Of a stretch of 64,000 nucleotides of DNA, positions 63,817-64,000 are shown one piece after another. Under the pieces are notes generated by a model that worked only from the letters and a program-made list of their open reading frames with translations, had not been told where the DNA came from and made no database searches. The stretch is from the IMG/VR virus record IMGVR_UViG_2867339791_000001, positions 7,046 through 71,045 of that record. One strand, written 5' to 3'. The stretch comes from a virus. Each line of letters opens with the position of its first letter. Position 1 is the first letter of the stretch. The position numbers and the translations under genes were made by a program.

Positions 63817-63942
63817 TTGGAGGTTTTGGAGGTTAGGGAGGTGCTGCATGTCTTGGAGGTTCATTCACAACCGTCTCCGGTCTGCCTGCTCCCACCCCTC
63901 CCCTGCGTCTGCAAAACTGTGGTGACCTTGGAGGTTTTGCAG
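63817..63942. promoter_or_regulatory. Divergent control region with 4x TTGGAGGTT and inverted TCTGCAAAAC/GTTTTGCAGA
   Basis: Copies at 63817, 63826, 63853, 63928; inverted repeat 63908-63942. Confidence 0.6.
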
Positions 63943-63954
63943 ACGGGGGAACCG

Positions 63955-64000
63955 GTGCCCGAGGGCAGGTGGATGAGGATCGGCGAAGTCGCCGAGGCCC
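63955..64000 (+). CDS. 3'-truncated HTH protein (MRIGEVAE..., MerR/excisionase-like)
   Basis: GTG after GGGGGA; WMRIGEVAEA. Confidence 0.5.
   Translation, partial: MPEGRWMRIGEVAEA

Noticed and set aside
1-64000. Integrase, att sites, tRNA/rRNA genes, RT/DGR or cas genes
   Set aside because: No tyrosine or serine recombinase motifs, cloverleaf, YxDD reverse transcriptase or cas signatures recognised by eye; a tRNAscan or HMM search would be needed to exclude them formally.

Overview
High-GC actinomycete (Micromonosporaceae-like; inference from gene families) temperate siphovirus-type prophage, nearly complete. Gene order: early/regulatory genes (VRR-NUC, intein-containing DUF5131/Gp37Gp68, WhiB, SSB; 1-6.7 kb); replication (HTH-HNH, initiator with iteron-like repeats, DnaC-like loader, DnaB; 6.9-10.5 kb); an accessory island (HExxH protein, low-GC pentapeptide-repeat membrane protein, IS110 right-end remnant; 10.9-15.2 kb); late regulators and packaging (TerS, TerL); head, neck and tail genes; lysis genes; a second accessory region; and a leftward TraA/TraB(FtsK)/DUF2637 conjugative-transfer-like module (57-63.7 kb). 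The most unusual features are two head polyproteins. One is a 1364-aa portal-MuF-ParB-Zeta-kinase fusion with a duplicated 23-aa delimiter cassette and a small downstream candidate antitoxin. The other is a prohead protease carrying an embedded 2H phosphoesterase (Acb1-like) domain. Other highlights are an intein inserted inside the putative Fe-S cluster motif of DUF5131 and a TraB-type transfer module adjacent to a full virion gene set. No integrase, att site, tRNA or CRISPR array was recognised. All family assignments come from motif recognition by eye; no database searches were run.
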